Source of the DNA: Sulfurimonas sp.
GTDB taxonomy: Bacteria > Campylobacterota > Campylobacteria > Campylobacterales > Sulfurimonadaceae
Reading direction: 5' to 3'
NCBI RefSeq assembly: GCF_032250635.1
Contig: NZ_JAVVFL010000001.1
Coordinates: 1 to 37,544, forward strand
DNA: 37,544 nt
Part shown: piece by piece, positions 35,643-37,544 of the stretch
Layout of the letters: every line of letters begins with the position of its first letter
Numbering within the stretch: position 1 is the first letter of the stretch
The notes under the pieces: model-generated
Told to the model about the DNA's origin: nothing
What the model saw: only the letters and a program-made list of their open reading frames with translations
Databases searched by the model: none
Position numbers and translations under genes: made by a program

Positions 35643-35978
35643 TTACCTGCCCTTTATCATGGCACCAACTATCTTTCCGACCTCTGCCAGAAGGATAGAA
35701 GCTACTTGATGTTGTTTTGGACTTACAAGCTTGCGCTTCTCACTCGCTAAAAATCGCAAGTGATAACGAACCAGTGCCAAGTTAGCGTCCGCTTCATAGA
35801 GCTTGCTAACGTGATTTGACTTTACAGCCTTGTAAAACAGCTCAACTTGTAAAAACACAAGCTGGATTGTCTTCTCTTTGAGTATGCCGTGCTTGCGCGG
35901 TATGTTTTGCAACACTGGGTAGATGTAGTTGACAAACTCATCATACTTCTCTACCACCACTAAGCTACTCATGCACAC
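35643..35978 (-). CDS. avd: DGR accessory variability determinant
   Basis: VEKYDEFVNYIYPVLQNIPRKHG...QVELFYKAVKSNHVSKLYEADANLALVRYHLRFLA...LLAEVGKIVG closely follows BPP-1 Avd as I recall it. The real start is probably ATG at 35972. Confidence 0.93.
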   Translation of the reverse strand: MCMSSLVVVEKYDEFVNYIYPVLQNIPRKHGILKEKTIQLVFLQVELFYKAVKSNHVSKLYEADANLALVRYHLRFLASEKRKLVSPKQHQVASILLAEVGKIVGAMIKGR

Positions 35979-35996
35979 TCCGTTCGCTTCCGCTCA

Positions 35997-37544
35997 CTAC
36001 GCATGTTCCAAGGAGTCACAAGCGAAACGAGAACCAATCTGCCAACTCGAATACCAAACATAGCTGCTCCAATGCGAGGCGCGCGAACCGGCAGTGACGC
36101 CACTCGTGCGAATCCCGCCCAATAACACCGCAACAGGAGCATTTGATGTTGCATAAATCTGCCCTCTTGCATCCGCATTGTCCATATACGCAAAAGTAGT
36201 AGTTCCGTATCCGTTTGCTAGGTCGGCTCCCCAAATATGCTCCGTACCTGTCGCCATCTCAATGCCATATTTAGACATAAGCTCTGGGATGTGGAAGATT
36301 GTTCCGTTGTCTCCATAAGCAGACGAAGAAACACCCTCAAGAACGCCATACGCAATAGTAGGAAACTCGTTGTAGCTTATGTTTTGGTTACCTGTTGCAG
36401 TTGCCACCTCACACGCTTGAAACCAAGTGTATTTACCGTAAGTAACAGTACCATCTCCACCGTATGCTAGAGGTATCTTTGGTATCTGTCTAAAGTACGT
36501 TGCATCTGCCACGCCTCCCGCTATGTTTGCACCTGTATGAACCGTAGGAGCTGAGTAGCCTCTTATGCCGTAGTCTCTATCCATAAGGTAGATGTCATAC
36601 CAACGTGAACCTACTTTTGCTTTACCGCGAGGGTCTGGGCAGATAGGTCTATCCCATAGCGTCCATATAGAGTATTCATTGATACCTCTAAGCTTTACCA
36701 TATCTGCTTCTGTTTTGTTACCTGTCGGAGCTTCTGCATGAGGCACTAAGGAATAGTGAAAACCTCCTATGGTATCTGCTTGAACTGTTGTTGTAATCGC
36801 TGTTTTGCTAAAGTAGTAGTCAAACCCAGCCGTAGGAGTTACATATAGGCTCATTTCAAGAGAGTTACCGTCCACTACTATTGTAGTTACCCCTGTTTTG
36901 GTAGGTAGTGCGATACCTCTTGCCGTAGCTGTGAGAATAATATTTGCCATGCCATCAAAAGAAGCGCTCCCTGCAACCTCTCCGGCTAGAGTTATAGTTC
37001 TTGCCGTTGCAAGTTTTGAAGCCGACACCGCATTTGCCGTAGCGTCTAGTTTTGCATTAAGCGCAGTCTGTTGAGCCGTACTTACAGGCTTGTCCGCGTC
37101 ACTCGTGTTGTCAACACTTCCAAGCCCCACTTGCGCTTTAGTTACAGTGTGAGGATTGTCGGTTCTGTTTGTGTGTGCGAGCAAGTCCACCATGTAGACA
37201 TCGCTGTCAAGTCCGTTGTAGATAGTGAAGTCGCTCGTTGTTGTGTCTGTAAAAGTGATACGGTAAGTATCCGTAGCTCCGCTTTGCGCCGCAAACCCGC
37301 TCGCATCTGTGGTACCTATGAAGTTTACGCTTGCAATGCCGTTTCCAGTCGCTCCCGTATCTCCTTTGTCTCCCTTTCCAAAAGGAGAACCAAGAGACCA
37401 GTCTGCCTCGGTTGCACTAAGCTTGAAGTAGATAAGCGCTTCGTCAAGTGCCAAAAAGCTAAAGCCTGTTGTTTGCAGATCATAAAGTGACTTTTGTGAG
37501 AGCAGTCCGACTGCATTAACCGTAAAGTTGTCTCCCTTGTCTCC
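35997..37544 (-). CDS. tail fibre with C-terminal Mtd-like (C-type-lectin fold) DGR target domain; 5' end outside the window
   Basis: The frame is open to the window edge (GDKGDNFTVNAVG...). It has collagen-like GxxGxx stretches, NPHTVTKAQVGLGSVDNTSD and ASKLATARTITL fibre motifs, and ends LLGG..GSRASHW...IGSRFACD. Confidence 0.92.
   Translation of the reverse strand, partial: GDKGDNFTVNAVGLLSQKSLYDLQTTGFSFLALDEALIYFKLSATEADWSLGSPFGKGDKGDTGATGNGIASVNFIGTTDASGFAAQSGATDTYRITFTDTTTSDFTIYNGLDSDVYMVDLLAHTNRTDNPHTVTKAQVGLGSVDNTSDADKPVSTAQQTALNAKLDATANAVSASKLATARTITLAGEVAGSASFDGMANIILTATARGIALPTKTGVTTIVVDGNSLEMSLYVTPTAGFDYYFSKTAITTTVQADTIGGFHYSLVPHAEAPTGNKTEADMVKLRGINEYSIWTLWDRPICPDPRGKAKVGSRWYDIYLMDRDYGIRGYSAPTVHTGANIAGGVADATYFRQIPKIPLAYGGDGTVTYGKYTWFQACEVATATGNQNISYNEFPTIAYGVLEGVSSSAYGDNGTIFHIPELMSKYGIEMATGTEHIWGADLANGYGTTTFAYMDNADARGQIYATSNAPVAVLLGGIRTSGVTAGSRASHWSSYVWYSSWQIGSRFACDSLEHA
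36016..36131 (-). repeat. DGR variable repeat (VR)
   Basis: 3' end of the fibre gene; 11 mismatches against TR, 10 of them at TR adenines. Confidence 0.96.

Larger units (their letters stand above)
34345..36131 (-). mobile_element. diversity-generating retroelement (VR-avd-TR-RT)
   Basis: All four components are present in the BPP-1 order. Confidence 0.96.
10302..37544 (-). mobile_element. podovirus-like prophage, late/structural region (continues beyond the window)
   Basis: Contiguous minus-strand portal, capsid, scaffold, ejection, lysis and fibre genes beginning at a disrupted tRNA. No tape measure or sheath gene is seen. The exact left boundary is inferred. Confidence 0.9.

Noticed and set aside
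11288-37490. Many 60-170 aa plus-strand ORFs opposite phage genes
   Set aside because: They are antisense shadows rich in Ser/Leu/Phe with no recognisable motifs.

Overview
The window has two parts. Positions 1-10.2 kb are host chromosome that looks like Campylobacterota (Sulfurimonas-like, judged from protein style and promoter form, not from a search). This part holds a partial two-PAS sensor gene, divergent proC/proA, an FNR/Nss-box-controlled three-gene module (TusA/DUF2249-like protein, multi-pass membrane protein, DUF59/SufT), a membrane-anchored receiver with a degenerate Hpt, rsmH, an ftsL-like gene and an RND transporter. At about 10.26-10.30 kb a CAU-anticodon tRNA gene breaks off just after its anticodon arm, and a complete, diverged tRNA-CAU follows about 95 bp later. 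From there to the window end lies the minus-strand late region of a podovirus-like prophage. It encodes a TerS-like protein, a 3921-aa polyvalent DarB-like protein (N6-MTase, SNF2 helicase, HExxH, LPD38-like C-terminus), a portal, an N4-gp56/DUF4043-type capsid, a scaffold, a lysis cassette and a complete BPP-1-type diversity-generating retroelement (tail fibre with VR, avd, TR, RT). TR and VR align over 116 bp with 11 mismatches, 10 of them at TR adenines. Less obvious signals are two RBS-led small genes overprinted in the +1 frame of the giant gene's linkers, a 16-bp late-promoter motif present twice at identical spacing to the -10 box, a 24-bp hairpin with a competing fold ahead of the capsid gene, and an ALGL terminal motif shared by the scaffold and a 70-aa neighbour. 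All family calls come from motif recognition by eye; no database search was run.
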